Below the pieces are notes generated by a model. That model was not told the origin of the DNA and ran no database searches. It saw nothing but the letters and a program-made list of their open reading frames with translations. Of a stretch of DNA of 42,277 nt, positions 17,477 to 27,000 are shown piece after piece (the stretch's first letter is position 1; the number at the start of each line of letters is the position of its first letter). Source of the DNA: a virus. The position numbers and the translations under genes are program-made. The stretch is from the UHGV virus genome UHGV-0200773. The stretch is one strand, 5' to 3'.

Positions 17477-18496
17477 ATGAAAGTAACGAAATTACCAAGC
17501 GGAAATTATAGATGTCGCGTATACGTAGGGAAGGACGCTTCCGGGAAAAAGATGTGGAAGTCGATCACCGGACCGGACAAGAAGCGTGTGGAGCTGGAGG
17601 CGCACAAATTTCAGGTAGAACGTAGCGCTTCAGATTGTATGGATAGTTCTTCGTTTGAAGAGGCGGCGTCTCGCTTTTTGAAATCGCATGAAGCCGTTCT
17701 CAGCCCTGCAACCGTGCGATCTTACAAATCGATCTTAAATTCGCTCAAGGCCAAAGTGCCTTGGTTCTGCAGCAAGTCAATATACTCCCTGTCTTCATCC
17801 GATCTGCAGCTCTTTATCGATGCTCTGGTAAGAGGCGGCGCTACTCCGAAAACCGTCCGCAACAACTATGCGTTCGTGACTTCTGTTCTGAGTGATTCCG
17901 GCGTTATGATACGGCCTCCAAGGCTTCCACAGAAAGCACGCCCCGACATGTACATACCGGACGGGCCGATGGTGAAGCAGGTTCTGGAAGCCGTGAAGGG
18001 GACGGACATCGAGGTTCCGGTCATGCTCGCAGCATTTGGGCCGCTGCGTAGAGGAGAAATCTGTGCTCTCACGATGGATGACTTCAACGGTAATATCGTC
18101 CATGTTCATCGTGACATGGTGCAGGCTCCTGACGGTGGGTGGGTGGTCAAAGCCCCGAAAACATATTCGTCTGACCGGTACATTGAGCTGCCTGACTTTG
18201 TGATGCAGACAATTCGCGAAAAGGGATATATCGTGAAATGTAAGCCAACGCAGATCACAAGAAGGTTCGGACAAGAACTGAAGAAGGCAGGGCTGCCTGC
18301 TTTCCACTTCCATGCTCTCCGCCACTTCTGTATCAGTTATCTTCACAGCATTGGTATTGCTGACATCTATATCATGCAGCGGTCCGGTCACTCCACTGCG
18401 AACGTCTTGCGCTCTGTCTACACACATACTCTGCAGGACAGATCGAAGACTGAGACAGAAAGAATTCTATCGACGTTTGCCAAGTTTCGGGAATGA
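17477..18496 (+). CDS. int: Tyrosine integrase
   Basis: N-terminal arm-binding domain; LRRGE, PKT, FHALRH, GHS..VYTH catalytic residues. Confidence 0.96.
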   Translation: MKVTKLPSGNYRCRVYVGKDASGKKMWKSITGPDKKRVELEAHKFQVERSASDCMDSSSFEEAASRFLKSHEAVLSPATVRSYKSILNSLKAKVPWFCSKSIYSLSSSDLQLFIDALVRGGATPKTVRNNYAFVTSVLSDSGVMIRPPRLPQKARPDMYIPDGPMVKQVLEAVKGTDIEVPVMLAAFGPLRRGEICALTMDDFNGNIVHVHRDMVQAPDGGWVVKAPKTYSSDRYIELPDFVMQTIREKGYIVKCKPTQITRRFGQELKKAGLPAFHFHALRHFCISYLHSIGIADIYIMQRSGHSTANVLRSVYTHTLQDRSKTETERILSTFAKFRE

Positions 18497-18499
18497 TTT

Positions 18500-18730
18500 C
18501 GTGTCAACTTTTCGTGTCAACTCTACCGCTAAAGCGGTGCTTTTTTCGCTATAATCGTAGCATTTCCGCTACAATCAGAGCACTGAAAACCCCCGTAAAT
18601 TCAAGCTTTTCCTGAATCTACGGGGTTTCTTCATTTATGCGGTCAATGGGACTTGAACTTCATTGTTTTTCATTAGAAACGTTGAAAACAAAGGCTTTTT
18701 CGTACTCCGTGTCAACTCGCCGTGTCAACT
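18500..18730. mobile_element. attP: four arm-type repeats flanking a tRNA 3'-end core
   Basis: CGTGTCAACT at 18500, 18513, 18708, 18721; core 18638-18658 reads GTTCAAGTCCCATTGACCGCA on minus strand; hairpin at 18587-18628. Confidence 0.85.
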
Positions 18731-18734
18731 TTTT

Positions 18735-18905
18735 TCAGAAATGTTTAGCGTTTCGGATCTTCCCCATGATTTCCTTATACTTCTCTGGATGCAGGAATTT
18801 GATTTCGTCCATGAGGGATCCGACGATCTCCAGAAACTCCGGAAGATCAATATCGGAGCATGCTGATATGAATTCGTTGCTTGAATTGATCTCCGGTAAT
18901 TTCAT
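18735..18905 (-). CDS. Small helical protein, last gene of the accessory operon
   Basis: AGGAG RBS; start re-called at MKLPE. Confidence 0.65.
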   Translation of the reverse strand: MKLPEINSSNEFISACSDIDLPEFLEIVGSLMDEIKFLHPEKYKEIMGKIRNAKHF

Positions 18906-18906
18906 T

Positions 18907-19215
18907 CTACATCTCCTTATAGATTGACTGGTAAGTTTTTGCGGCCGCGATTGCTTCGATCTGCTTCTTCTCTGCGTAGCTGCAGATCTCCTGCATGGCT
19001 TCACTGAAGCATCCCTCTTCTTTCTTCTTCTCGATCACCTTGCTGAGAGCTTCGTGCAGCCTCGTAGCGTGTGTTCCTTCCTCTGCGCTGATGGTTGCAA
19101 GGGTCGATGCGACTCCCGGCATCTTCTCCTTCAGCGCTGCCGCCCACTTCGCATAATGCTTCATGTCCTCGATCTCTTCGTCGATCTGGTCGAGAAATGC
19201 TTTGATCTGATCCAT
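18907..19215 (-). CDS. Ferritin/rubrerythrin-like half-bundle protein
   Basis: EEIEDMKHY...EEGTH di-metal-type motifs. Confidence 0.65.
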   Translation of the reverse strand: MDQIKAFLDQIDEEIEDMKHYAKWAAALKEKMPGVASTLATISAEEGTHATRLHEALSKVIEKKKEEGCFSEAMQEICSYAEKKQIEAIAAAKTYQSIYKEM

Positions 19216-19224
19216 ACGCCCTCC

Positions 19225-19674
19225 TTATGCCAGCTTGACGATGCATCCGGATACAAGGTTTACCGTTCCGGCTGCTGCGCCCTCTGCGTTGATGAGGAGC
19301 TGGATCCGCGTAGGTTCCTGACAGCAGCACGTAGCCAGGTATCGGACCGTCCCTGTTTCCATGACGGAATCCCCGACTGCAAGGGTCTGCGTCCTCTTTG
19401 TTTCCTGCAGAGGAATGCCATTCTTCGCCATCTGGAGCGATACATCTCCTGCCGCTGTCGCATTGATGTTGACGGCGAATTCGATCTGGTAGAGACCACC
19501 GTGTTCAATCTCGATTGCAGCGGGCAGGACCTTGACAGAGGCTCCGGTGTCGGTGACTTCCGATCCAAGCAGGTTGAGCGCTGCCGCAGCGCTTCCGATA
19601 GTCTGCGCAGCAGTGTTGTAGAACTGCGCAGAGGATTTATAGTGTGGATTTTTAAGACAGTTACAATTTGCCAT
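19225..19674 (-). CDS. Beta-sandwich protein resembling BclA C-terminal/C1q-like domain
   Basis: I.IEHGGLYQIEFAVN..L..NG pattern; Cys-rich termini. Confidence 0.55.
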   Translation of the reverse strand: MANCNCLKNPHYKSSAQFYNTAAQTIGSAAAALNLLGSEVTDTGASVKVLPAAIEIEHGGLYQIEFAVNINATAAGDVSLQMAKNGIPLQETKRTQTLAVGDSVMETGTVRYLATCCCQEPTRIQLLINAEGAAAGTVNLVSGCIVKLA

Positions 19675-19728
19675 TGTGTATTACCTCGTATGAAATACCC
19701 CGCCGCCATACAGCGGCAGGGCGTACAG

Positions 19729-20334
19729 TTAGTTGTAGTTTCCGCAGCACGGAGACGGGTTGTACGGATACACTCCGTATGCGTAGGGATTCGTTCTCGG
19801 AATCCCGCACATTGCCGCCTGAAGCTGGAGCTGAGTGATCTGGTTCTGCATGTCAGCCATGCGGTTTCCAGCAATCGCGTCGAGCACCTTCTGCACCTGT
19901 GCAGTGGTGGTCTGGTTGATGGATGCGGTGTTGATAGCACCCTCATACTTCACGCTGTCGATCGCTCTCTGTGTATCGCAGCCGCATTTCTGCATGTTCG
20001 TGAAGCCAGTATTCACCGCCGTTTCAAGATCTCTGATCTCTCCAAGCGTGTTGTAGTTGGCATCCTTGACAGCTCCGGTCGTGTCATACACGCCCTGACG
20101 GACTGTATCAACAATCTCGTTGTTCTGTCTTTCGAGAGCCGCAAAATCGGTTGATCTCTGGACATCTCCAACGGTTGCTCCGCGATCTCCGGTTTTCCCG
20201 CCGAAAAGACCGCCACCACCTCCGATTGCAAGCAGGATCAGCAGTGCAAAGATCCACATACCGCCGCCGCAACCACCGGCACCTTCATTTCCCATAACGG
20301 CTGCCATATCAGCCGGGGACATTGTTCCATCCAT
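19729..20334 (-). CDS. Gly-flanked transmembrane plus coiled-coil protein
   Basis: GGGMWIFALLILLAIGGGGG, long helical body, Cys/Tyr/Pro tail; AAGGAGG RBS. Confidence 0.8.
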   Translation of the reverse strand: MDGTMSPADMAAVMGNEGAGGCGGGMWIFALLILLAIGGGGGLFGGKTGDRGATVGDVQRSTDFAALERQNNEIVDTVRQGVYDTTGAVKDANYNTLGEIRDLETAVNTGFTNMQKCGCDTQRAIDSVKYEGAINTASINQTTTAQVQKVLDAIAGNRMADMQNQITQLQLQAAMCGIPRTNPYAYGVYPYNPSPCCGNYN

Positions 20335-20402
20335 AATTTAACCTCCTTATGTCATGGAATCCGGGCCGATAAGACCGTTTATAAGATAGAAGTCTGCGCA
20401 GA

Positions 20403-20657
20403 CTATCTAAACAATTTACTCAGGGTTTGCAGGATGCCACCCCTGTTTTCTTTTAAAGGTGTGAGAATTATGTCAGGGTCAATTCCCATCTCGCGGCATT
20501 TGTTGTAAAATGCTTTCTGAGGACCGTATTGTTTGACTTCTCTCAGTGCCTCCTGCAGTATGCCGGGGTTATTCTGGATCTGTGATATCAGCTCTTCCGG
20601 TGTTTTCTCCGGACTTCTGGGCTTCCTGTCTGGAAATAGCGTGCTGGACATCTGCAA
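20403..20657 (-). CDS. Hypothetical protein of the accessory operon
   Basis: KAFYNKCREMGIDP; overlaps upstream gene. Confidence 0.7.
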   Translation of the reverse strand: MQMSSTLFPDRKPRSPEKTPEELISQIQNNPGILQEALREVKQYGPQKAFYNKCREMGIDPDIILTPLKENRGGILQTLSKLFR

Positions 20658-20946
20658 GTTCCCTCCTTAATTCGTCAAACTCATTCCTCGTAATCGTGTC
20701 GCTGGGAGTCTCTACTTTTACAAGATCGAAGGTGTATCGGATCTTCGGTCTTCCGGTTATCTCTCCGACATTTGAGACAATGTATACACGGTCCTGCTCA
20801 TCATCAAATACCGCCGCTGTCGTTTCTGGCGGAAGATTGACCTGCTCCGCACCGCTTGCACCGGTGCATCGAAGCAAATCATTCTGCGGTCGCATCGCCC
20901 CATAGTACGGATACATTGGATACCCATTCATCATATTTCTTGACAT
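20569..20946 (-). CDS. First gene of the accessory operon
   Basis: GGAGG RBS before ATG 20946; M/Y/P-rich N-terminus, ITRNEFDELR coil. Confidence 0.75.
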   Translation of the reverse strand: MSRNMMNGYPMYPYYGAMRPQNDLLRCTGASGAEQVNLPPETTAAVFDDEQDRVYIVSNVGEITGRPKIRYTFDLVKVETPSDTITRNEFDELRRELADVQHAISRQEAQKSGENTGRADITDPE

Positions 20947-21063
20947 AATTCCCACCTCCCAAAAATAATTTTATGCATTAAAATTGCATACGTCTTTTGT
21001 GGTTTTTTCTTAAAAACACCAAATCTTTTTGGTGCTCAATTAAAACAGGAGGGAAAAATAGGA

Positions 21064-21639
21064 ATGAGTAGGCGAATATCTGATAATCTTGTATCTGTTT
21101 TGCACGAGTCGCGTATTTTGTCTGGGACCACGCAGAAAACTTTAGCTGATTCTTTGCATAAATCGGTCGCGACGATTCAGTACTGGGAGACCGGTACAGT
21201 GCAGCCGCCGTTCTGGGCTGTCGTGGAATGGATTGAGACATGCGGATATAATCCTCTTCGCTTCTACTTAAATTACCTGTATCCGGACAAGTTCAAGCAT
21301 ATCTGGAGCGACGATCCGCAGAAGCTTCGCAGCGCCATAGCGGAGTATTATCTTTCTGCTGCTCCGGATTCCGAGGTGAAGAAGATGGCATACAGCATCT
21401 TCGGACCGACCGGCTCCTCATGGCAGGGACAGGTAGATGAAATCTGCGCCGGGAATCAGTTGCCGATCAGTGCCCGGATTGATGTTGCCGAAGTCATATG
21501 TTCCAAGTATTGCATGGCAAGAGATACCGGAACCATTCTGCATCCCGATATGGTGCAGCCGGACATGGACAATTTGAGATCCTCGATTGATGCATGCAAG
21601 AAAGCAGTGATAGATGGCCACACGGAATATTGCGCATAA
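21064..21639 (+). CDS. XRE-family HTH regulator with C-terminal domain
   Basis: TQKTLADSLHKSVATIQYWETG..P. Confidence 0.8.
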   Translation: MSRRISDNLVSVLHESRILSGTTQKTLADSLHKSVATIQYWETGTVQPPFWAVVEWIETCGYNPLRFYLNYLYPDKFKHIWSDDPQKLRSAIAEYYLSAAPDSEVKKMAYSIFGPTGSSWQGQVDEICAGNQLPISARIDVAEVICSKYCMARDTGTILHPDMVQPDMDNLRSSIDACKKAVIDGHTEYCA

Positions 21640-21668
21640 AAGAGCGCCCCGGAGGAATGAGGGCGCTC
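21637..21668 (-). terminator. Intrinsic terminator ending the lysis transcript
   Basis: GAGCGCCC stem followed by TTTT on minus strand. Confidence 0.65.
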
Positions 21669-21696
21669 ATAAACCGCAGCATGTGCTGCGCGGTTT

Positions 21697-21810
21697 TCAG
21701 TTGTGATTGTGCCATCCGGTTATCGCCGCGATGGCACATATCGCTCCAAGAATTCCGATGCCAATTGTTGCTACGGCAAGGAGCGATATCGTACAGATGA
21801 TCTCTGACAT
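21697..21810 (-). CDS. 37-aa single-pass membrane peptide missed by ORF track
   Basis: ATG overlaps endolysin TGA; MSEIICTISLLAVATIGIGILGAICAIAAITGWHNHN. Confidence 0.55.
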   Translation of the reverse strand: MSEIICTISLLAVATIGIGILGAICAIAAITGWHNHN

Positions 21811-22526
21811 CATTTCTTTATGTAATCGAGGCACACCCAGCCGCCAATATTGGTAAGCTTGCCCCAGCCGCCTTTCTCAGCTTCAATGCTCACGACCATG
21901 CCTGCCGGAAGCCGGAAGTCCTGATCTCCGATCTTCATCACAGGATTCTCTGTCCCTGCTCCGGTCCTTACATTCAGATAGCTGCTGACCTTGACAATCC
22001 CTGCGTACTGCTTCACTTTTCGTACCTCTTCCTTTCCGGATCCCTTGTATCGGAGTACTTTCTGCCATCCTTTTGAGTAGACATAGTAGCTCCGGACGCA
22101 AATCTCACGCCCCGTCTGGTCTCCGGTCTTGCCTCCGGTTGCACGTCCTCTCTCGTTGATGCTTGCGTGGACGATCTGACCATTCCCGATGTACATTGCG
22201 ACGTGGTGCTGTTCGTTCAGCAGGATGTCGCCTCTGCAGAGCCCGGCCCCTGTTGCAAAGTCCACAGTGGACGTTACATCCCGGAAGCCGTTCTTCAACA
22301 TCGCTTTCCGCATGTTCCCCGTATAGGTGGCCCCTGCCTTAATCAGAGGCACTCCTGCCTGATCCCATGCTGTAATCAGGAACGAGGAGCAGTCATAATC
22401 GGGCCCCCATCTCTTTGTCTGGTCGTATCCATGCGACGGATCCTGTGCGATCTTGAGGGCCCACTGTATAGCCTTATCCGTTTGTATTGCTGCCATTGTT
22501 GCCGTCATATGCCTTTCCTTCTGCAA
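21810..22526 (-). CDS. Endolysin, NlpC/P60-type peptidase plus SH3b
   Basis: YDCSSF, HHVAMYIGNGQIVHAS, LNVRTGAG..GWVCLDY; start may be 22508. Confidence 0.92.
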   Translation of the reverse strand: MQKERHMTATMAAIQTDKAIQWALKIAQDPSHGYDQTKRWGPDYDCSSFLITAWDQAGVPLIKAGATYTGNMRKAMLKNGFRDVTSTVDFATGAGLCRGDILLNEQHHVAMYIGNGQIVHASINERGRATGGKTGDQTGREICVRSYYVYSKGWQKVLRYKGSGKEEVRKVKQYAGIVKVSSYLNVRTGAGTENPVMKIGDQDFRLPAGMVVSIEAEKGGWGKLTNIGGWVCLDYIKK

Positions 22527-22839
22527 TATGCATTCCCTTTACTGCAGCTTCGATCAGTACGCGGATCTGTTCCTGTGTTACCGAAATATTATTTTTAGCG
22601 CACCAATCAGCAATGAGCTCTATAGCCTTGGCTCTGCGTTCCTCTCCGGTCTTCTGCCAGAAGAGCTGCTGCACAGCATACACGGCCTGCTTGACATAGT
22701 TCTCAAGCTGCTCCGTCTTCGTAGCTCCGACCTTCTGCCGGATCCAAGGGAGCAGATAGCCGCAAAGCAGAAACCCTGCAAGCATCAGCGCCAGCCTGAC
22801 AATTTCCATTACCATCTCATCCATTTCCTTCATCCTCAC
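22474..22839 (-). CDS. Holin, LL-H-like
   Basis: One TM segment, AVYAVQQ..GEERR..LIEAAV. Confidence 0.8.
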   Translation of the reverse strand: MRMKEMDEMVMEIVRLALMLAGFLLCGYLLPWIRQKVGATKTEQLENYVKQAVYAVQQLFWQKTGEERRAKAIELIADWCAKNNISVTQEQIRVLIEAAVKGMHIAEGKAYDGNNGSNTNG

Positions 22840-23101
22840 TTTCTACCAGATCCAGTCCGGCCTTAAAATCTTCGAGGCGCTGCTTCTTCTCCTGCCTCGT
22901 TTCAAAGAAACTCTTCAAAAAATACCCAAGGCCTACGCCAAGGATGCAGCCTACCCACTTCTCGCCAAGCTCTTCATAACCTTCTACGCCAAACATCGCC
23001 AGAAGGTACGGCATCATGCCGCCCACGAGCCCGGCGATCAGCATCACAGTCACCCACCTCTTGGTATAGGTAGCCTTACTCCTTATTTGTCTTCTCTTCA
23101 T
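22817..23101 (-). CDS. Two-TM lysis-module membrane protein
   Basis: Two hydrophobic segments, GYFLKSFFE. Confidence 0.7.
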   Translation of the reverse strand: MKRRQIRSKATYTKRWVTVMLIAGLVGGMMPYLLAMFGVEGYEELGEKWVGCILGVGLGYFLKSFFETRQEKKQRLEDFKAGLDLVESEDEGNG

Positions 23102-23375
23102 AAGTCTCCCCCTTTAGCTCATCAATCGCTCTCCATGCTGTTTTAATCGACTGCTGCATCTTGATGATGTTGTCATGGTCCTCACGCTGCATCTTGTCGG
23201 ATGCTTCCTGTCTCCCCTTCATCTCCGTCATCATGGATAAAAGGTTGTCGATCTTGAGAGTGAGAGTTGTTATATCCGAGGTACTTTCCTTGATGCTGTT
23301 TTTGTTTGCTACGTAAACAGACAGAAAAAGCGTTGCACATGTGCAGACAAGAGAAATCCAATCTTTTGATACCAT
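23076..23375 (-). CDS. TM plus coiled-coil lysis-module protein (XhlA-like)
   Basis: N-terminal TM; QSIKTAWRAIDEL. Confidence 0.7.
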   Translation of the reverse strand: MVSKDWISLVCTCATLFLSVYVANKNSIKESTSDITTLTLKIDNLLSMMTEMKGRQEASDKMQREDHDNIIKMQQSIKTAWRAIDELKGETYEEKTNKE

Positions 23376-23383
23376 TATTCACC

Positions 23384-24001
23384 TCACGCGATTACTGCAG
23401 TTTCTTTTTTCTTATTACCAAGGTACGCAATTCCGGTCAGAGGGACATTTACAAGCACCGATCCGTCATATGAAAAAGTCTGATCCCCCATAATAATTCG
23501 GAGAGGATACGGATTTGGAAGTGCTGACTGTTTCGTCAGCTCCTCGATTTTCGCCACAGCTTCCGTTGCTCTGGACAAAATGTCTCGGAATCCTGACAGG
23601 TCGTCGTCGCTTGCATAATCATCTTCGTTGTAGAGCTCGTTTCTTGTGAGCAAATAGTTCTCAAAGGAAGAGATGCTCTCGTTTGCGGCAGACTGCAGAG
23701 TGATCGTCATCGTCACCTGCCCGGAAGTAGATGTCAGCGCCGGAGGAACCGTATACACTACTTCGTTGATATTCTTTCCGTCAGAGTCTTGCGATACAGA
23801 TGCATTATCGTAGATGACTTTCCCGTCTGGTTTGACGGCCTTGATCGACACGATGGCTACGCCTGATGTATCGAAAGGCCTGCCCTGATTCATCAGGATA
23901 AATCGCAGCACGCGGGAGTTCGCATCATTCTGCATGACAAGGACTGTATTTGTTTTGGATGGTCTCGCAAAGTCGACGACCATATCGTAAACCACATTCA
24001 T
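23384..24001 (-). CDS. BppU-N/DUF2479-like structural protein
   Basis: QNDANSRVLRFIL..KPDGK; start re-called at 24001. Confidence 0.7.
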   Translation of the reverse strand: MNVVYDMVVDFARPSKTNTVLVMQNDANSRVLRFILMNQGRPFDTSGVAIVSIKAVKPDGKVIYDNASVSQDSDGKNINEVVYTVPPALTSTSGQVTMTITLQSAANESISSFENYLLTRNELYNEDDYASDDDLSGFRDILSRATEAVAKIEELTKQSALPNPYPLRIIMGDQTFSYDGSVLVNVPLTGIAYLGNKKKETAVIA

Positions 24002-24021
24002 AGGCTTCCCCTTTCTGATTA

Positions 24022-24059
24022 AGTGTAAGAAAAAAGAGGGCGCCTTTATAGGGCACCCT
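24022..24059 (-). promoter_or_regulatory. Putative late promoter copy (AGGGTGCCCTAT-N20-TACACT) upstream of BppU-like and lysis genes
   Basis: Motif at 24048-24059. Confidence 0.7.
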
Positions 24060-24066
24060 CTGCAGG

Positions 24067-27000
24067 TTATTTCCACTTGTCAATGTTATCCGAGTAGTAT
24101 TTCGTTTTCTCCGATGTCGTCTTGTCCTTGTTCGTCCCCGCCTTATCGGACAGGTAGACATACAGCGTTACCAGCCGGTTCTTCATCTTGATGGCCTCGT
24201 TCGGATTCGTTTCCTTGAGCGCAAGGTAGGTGTCCTTGTAGGTATCGGAGATTCCGCTGGAAATCGCCTTGTAATCATTCCCTTGCGCCACTGCATCCTC
24301 GACAGCCTTCTTGTAGTCTCCACCGGATTCAAGCGCTGCTGTATAGACATCCAGCTTTGCCTGCCTCTTCGGTGTGTACTTGGTGGTCTTCTGCAGCACA
24401 GGGAGCTGTTCAAATGTTCTCCCAAGGAGCGTGTTGTAGATTGCCACCACGTCACGCTGCGCCGCATAGAGCGGATATCCGCTCAAATCCGAGAACGCCC
24501 TTGTGAGTGCTGCCACCTTTCCGTAGGTCGTCATCTTCTCGCCGGGATTTACGATTGCCTTTACCGCCTTGAAGAAGTTCTTCACGCCGGACATGGAAAG
24601 GTCGCTGTCACTGCTGTACGTGCTTTCTCCTAGAACAGACTTCACGCCCTCCTTGGTAGCATCCCAGTACTGAGCAACCATAGGAATGTTACTGAGAAGA
24701 TCCATGTTATCCACAAGATTTCCGCTTAAGAATTCCTCTAACTTGTCGCCAAAAGAAGCGTCTTCATCCAGCCAGTTTCCAAAGCCCATAGCATCCATGA
24801 ACCTTCTGAGGAAGTCCTTGTCCTCGTCGTCCGGGTCTCCTGCACTTCGAAATGCATCCATAAAGGACTGTGCGACCGCATTTGCCACATGTGTAATCAG
24901 AAGGGCCGGTGCCGTAATTCTGGCAAGGTGCGCAACAGCTTTTTTCACCTGCCGTTCATCTGTCGCCTGACTGATATCAATCATATCCCGGAGAATCATG
25001 TTGTAGGTCTTGACCGGCTCTGCCATGAATGCCGACATCATTCTGTTCGCCTTGTCTGGAGAGCGCATGAATTGCGATCTGGTTATGACACTGTCATAGA
25101 CCTGTGTACGACGAACGATATCCGAGTATCTGTCATTCACGGCATCCTCAAATTCTTTTGTTCCGATTTTCTCCTTTCCGAGCTTATCAACCTGCTCTGC
25201 GTAGACTGCCCGGTACATTGCAGCCCACGTAATTTCATCTGCCTTGCTGGCCAGTTTTCCTGCAAAGTCAAGGATCTTCTCTCTTGTCGTCTTAACACCT
25301 GTAATCGTGCTGACAAGGCTCTGTGTGATGTAGCCGTCAATGTTGCCCTGATTCTTGAGCCAGAATATATCCGATGTCCGGTCTCTGAGTTCTGCAGCTT
25401 CCTTCCTGTATTTTCCTACTATTCCGGCATACAGATATTCATAAGAAATCATTTCTCCTGCGCGGAAGATGGCTGTCGGCTGCTGTGCAATTACGCGTCC
25501 ATTTCCCAGAGTGGCGGCAGTTTTTGCGTGTCCCGTCAGCATATCGTAGAAGTCGCCTCCGACAAAGCTGCTCTTTTCTCTGTCGTTGATCGACGAGATG
25601 AGCTTCACGAAATATTCCTGCCCCTTCTTTCCATAGAAGTAATCAATCGCATCCTTTACAGAGTTTCTGAAAGCAAATTTCTGACCGTCCTCTCGCTCCA
25701 CATACGCCTTTTCGTTGTAATTAAAGAAGCGAATGAGATCCTGAAGTGGAGCAGCCCACGCATGGTAGGTAGCCATCTGTGCCACATGATCCGCGTAGAC
25801 CATAAAGATGTCTCTCAGAACCAGAGGGTTGTCTGCTTCCGGAGTAATGTCTTTGGTGAATCCGGAGTTCTTGATCGCATTGATTGCTCCCTGCGTGACG
25901 TTGCTGTCCCTCGTGGCGATAGTGTTCTTGTCTGTCGTCATCGGGAAATAATGTTCATCAACAAACTTCTCATATCCATACAGCTGCATGCAGGTCTCGT
26001 TGCCCTGTTCCGCGCACTGATGCGCAAGGTAATGCTGCATGGCATCTGCCATCTGCTTCTGCTGCGGGGTCAGTGTGTCCGTAATTTCTTTGATCTGCTC
26101 ATTTGTGAGGTGTACAGGGATCCTCTGACCGGATACCTTCTCACGATTGGACTCATCTGCAACAAAGCCTCCGATCTTATGCTGCTGCGCGTCCGGACGC
26201 TTTGACAGCTCATACAGAGACATGATCTGTGTCGTTGTGAGATCGAGGCCATAGTAGTTCTTGGTCTCCTTCATCCAGTTTTCCATTTCTTTTTCAGTTG
26301 CAAGACGATTACACACATCAGTCATATAATCCTGTGCCTGATGGATATCCCTCGACTTCTGGTCCTCCGCCCTATAGAGCGTCTTTGTGATCGGGTCCGT
26401 CTCTTCTCCCCCGAAAATCCCATGGAAATATGTCTCCGCCACAGCATGGTCAAGCGTCAGTGTATTAACAAGCGAAGCAACCGGTTTGAAGTGCTCTCTT
26501 CTTCCCTTCACGCCACTTGTCGTGCGGTCCATTGCCATGTGCGCAATATCAGAAACCTGCTGCGAGGGCTGAGAGTACATCCGGTTCATCTGGTTGATCG
26601 AATGCAGAACATTTCGGACAACCGCATTCAGCGTCTTCAGTTCGTCCGAGGACAACTGTGCAATGGAGATGGTCCCCTGATTCTTTCTCAGGATTTCCCC
26701 CAGCTTCTCCCCAAGCTCCTTGTCGAGTCCCTGTTTCAGTTCGCTCCGCTCAAACCAGTCGTCGCCTTCATCCTGCTGATACAGATCCTGAATTGCGCGC
26801 AGGTTTTCCTGCCAACTCTTATTCTCTGCAGATCCGAGGCCGTTCTCCTCCATAGCCTTTTTGTACTGAGCAATTGCATCCGCTCTGCTGTCTGTGTGGA
26901 TTGTCCTCCACTTGTAGGAATAGGACCCATCCGCATTGATGTCTCTGCTCTCCAGTATGCGAATGCTGAATTTCCCGTCCGCTGTCTCTCTCACGGTCTG

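Noticed and set aside
18638..18658. tRNA gene
   Set aside because: Only the T-loop to 3' end is present; interpreted as the att core.
18500..18730. CRISPR-like array from the CGTGTCAACT repeats
   Set aside because: 10-bp repeats with 3-bp gaps fit integrase arm sites; no spacers or cas genes.
19054..20154. 366-aa plus-strand ORF
   Set aside because: Overlaps three well-formed minus-strand genes that have RBSs.
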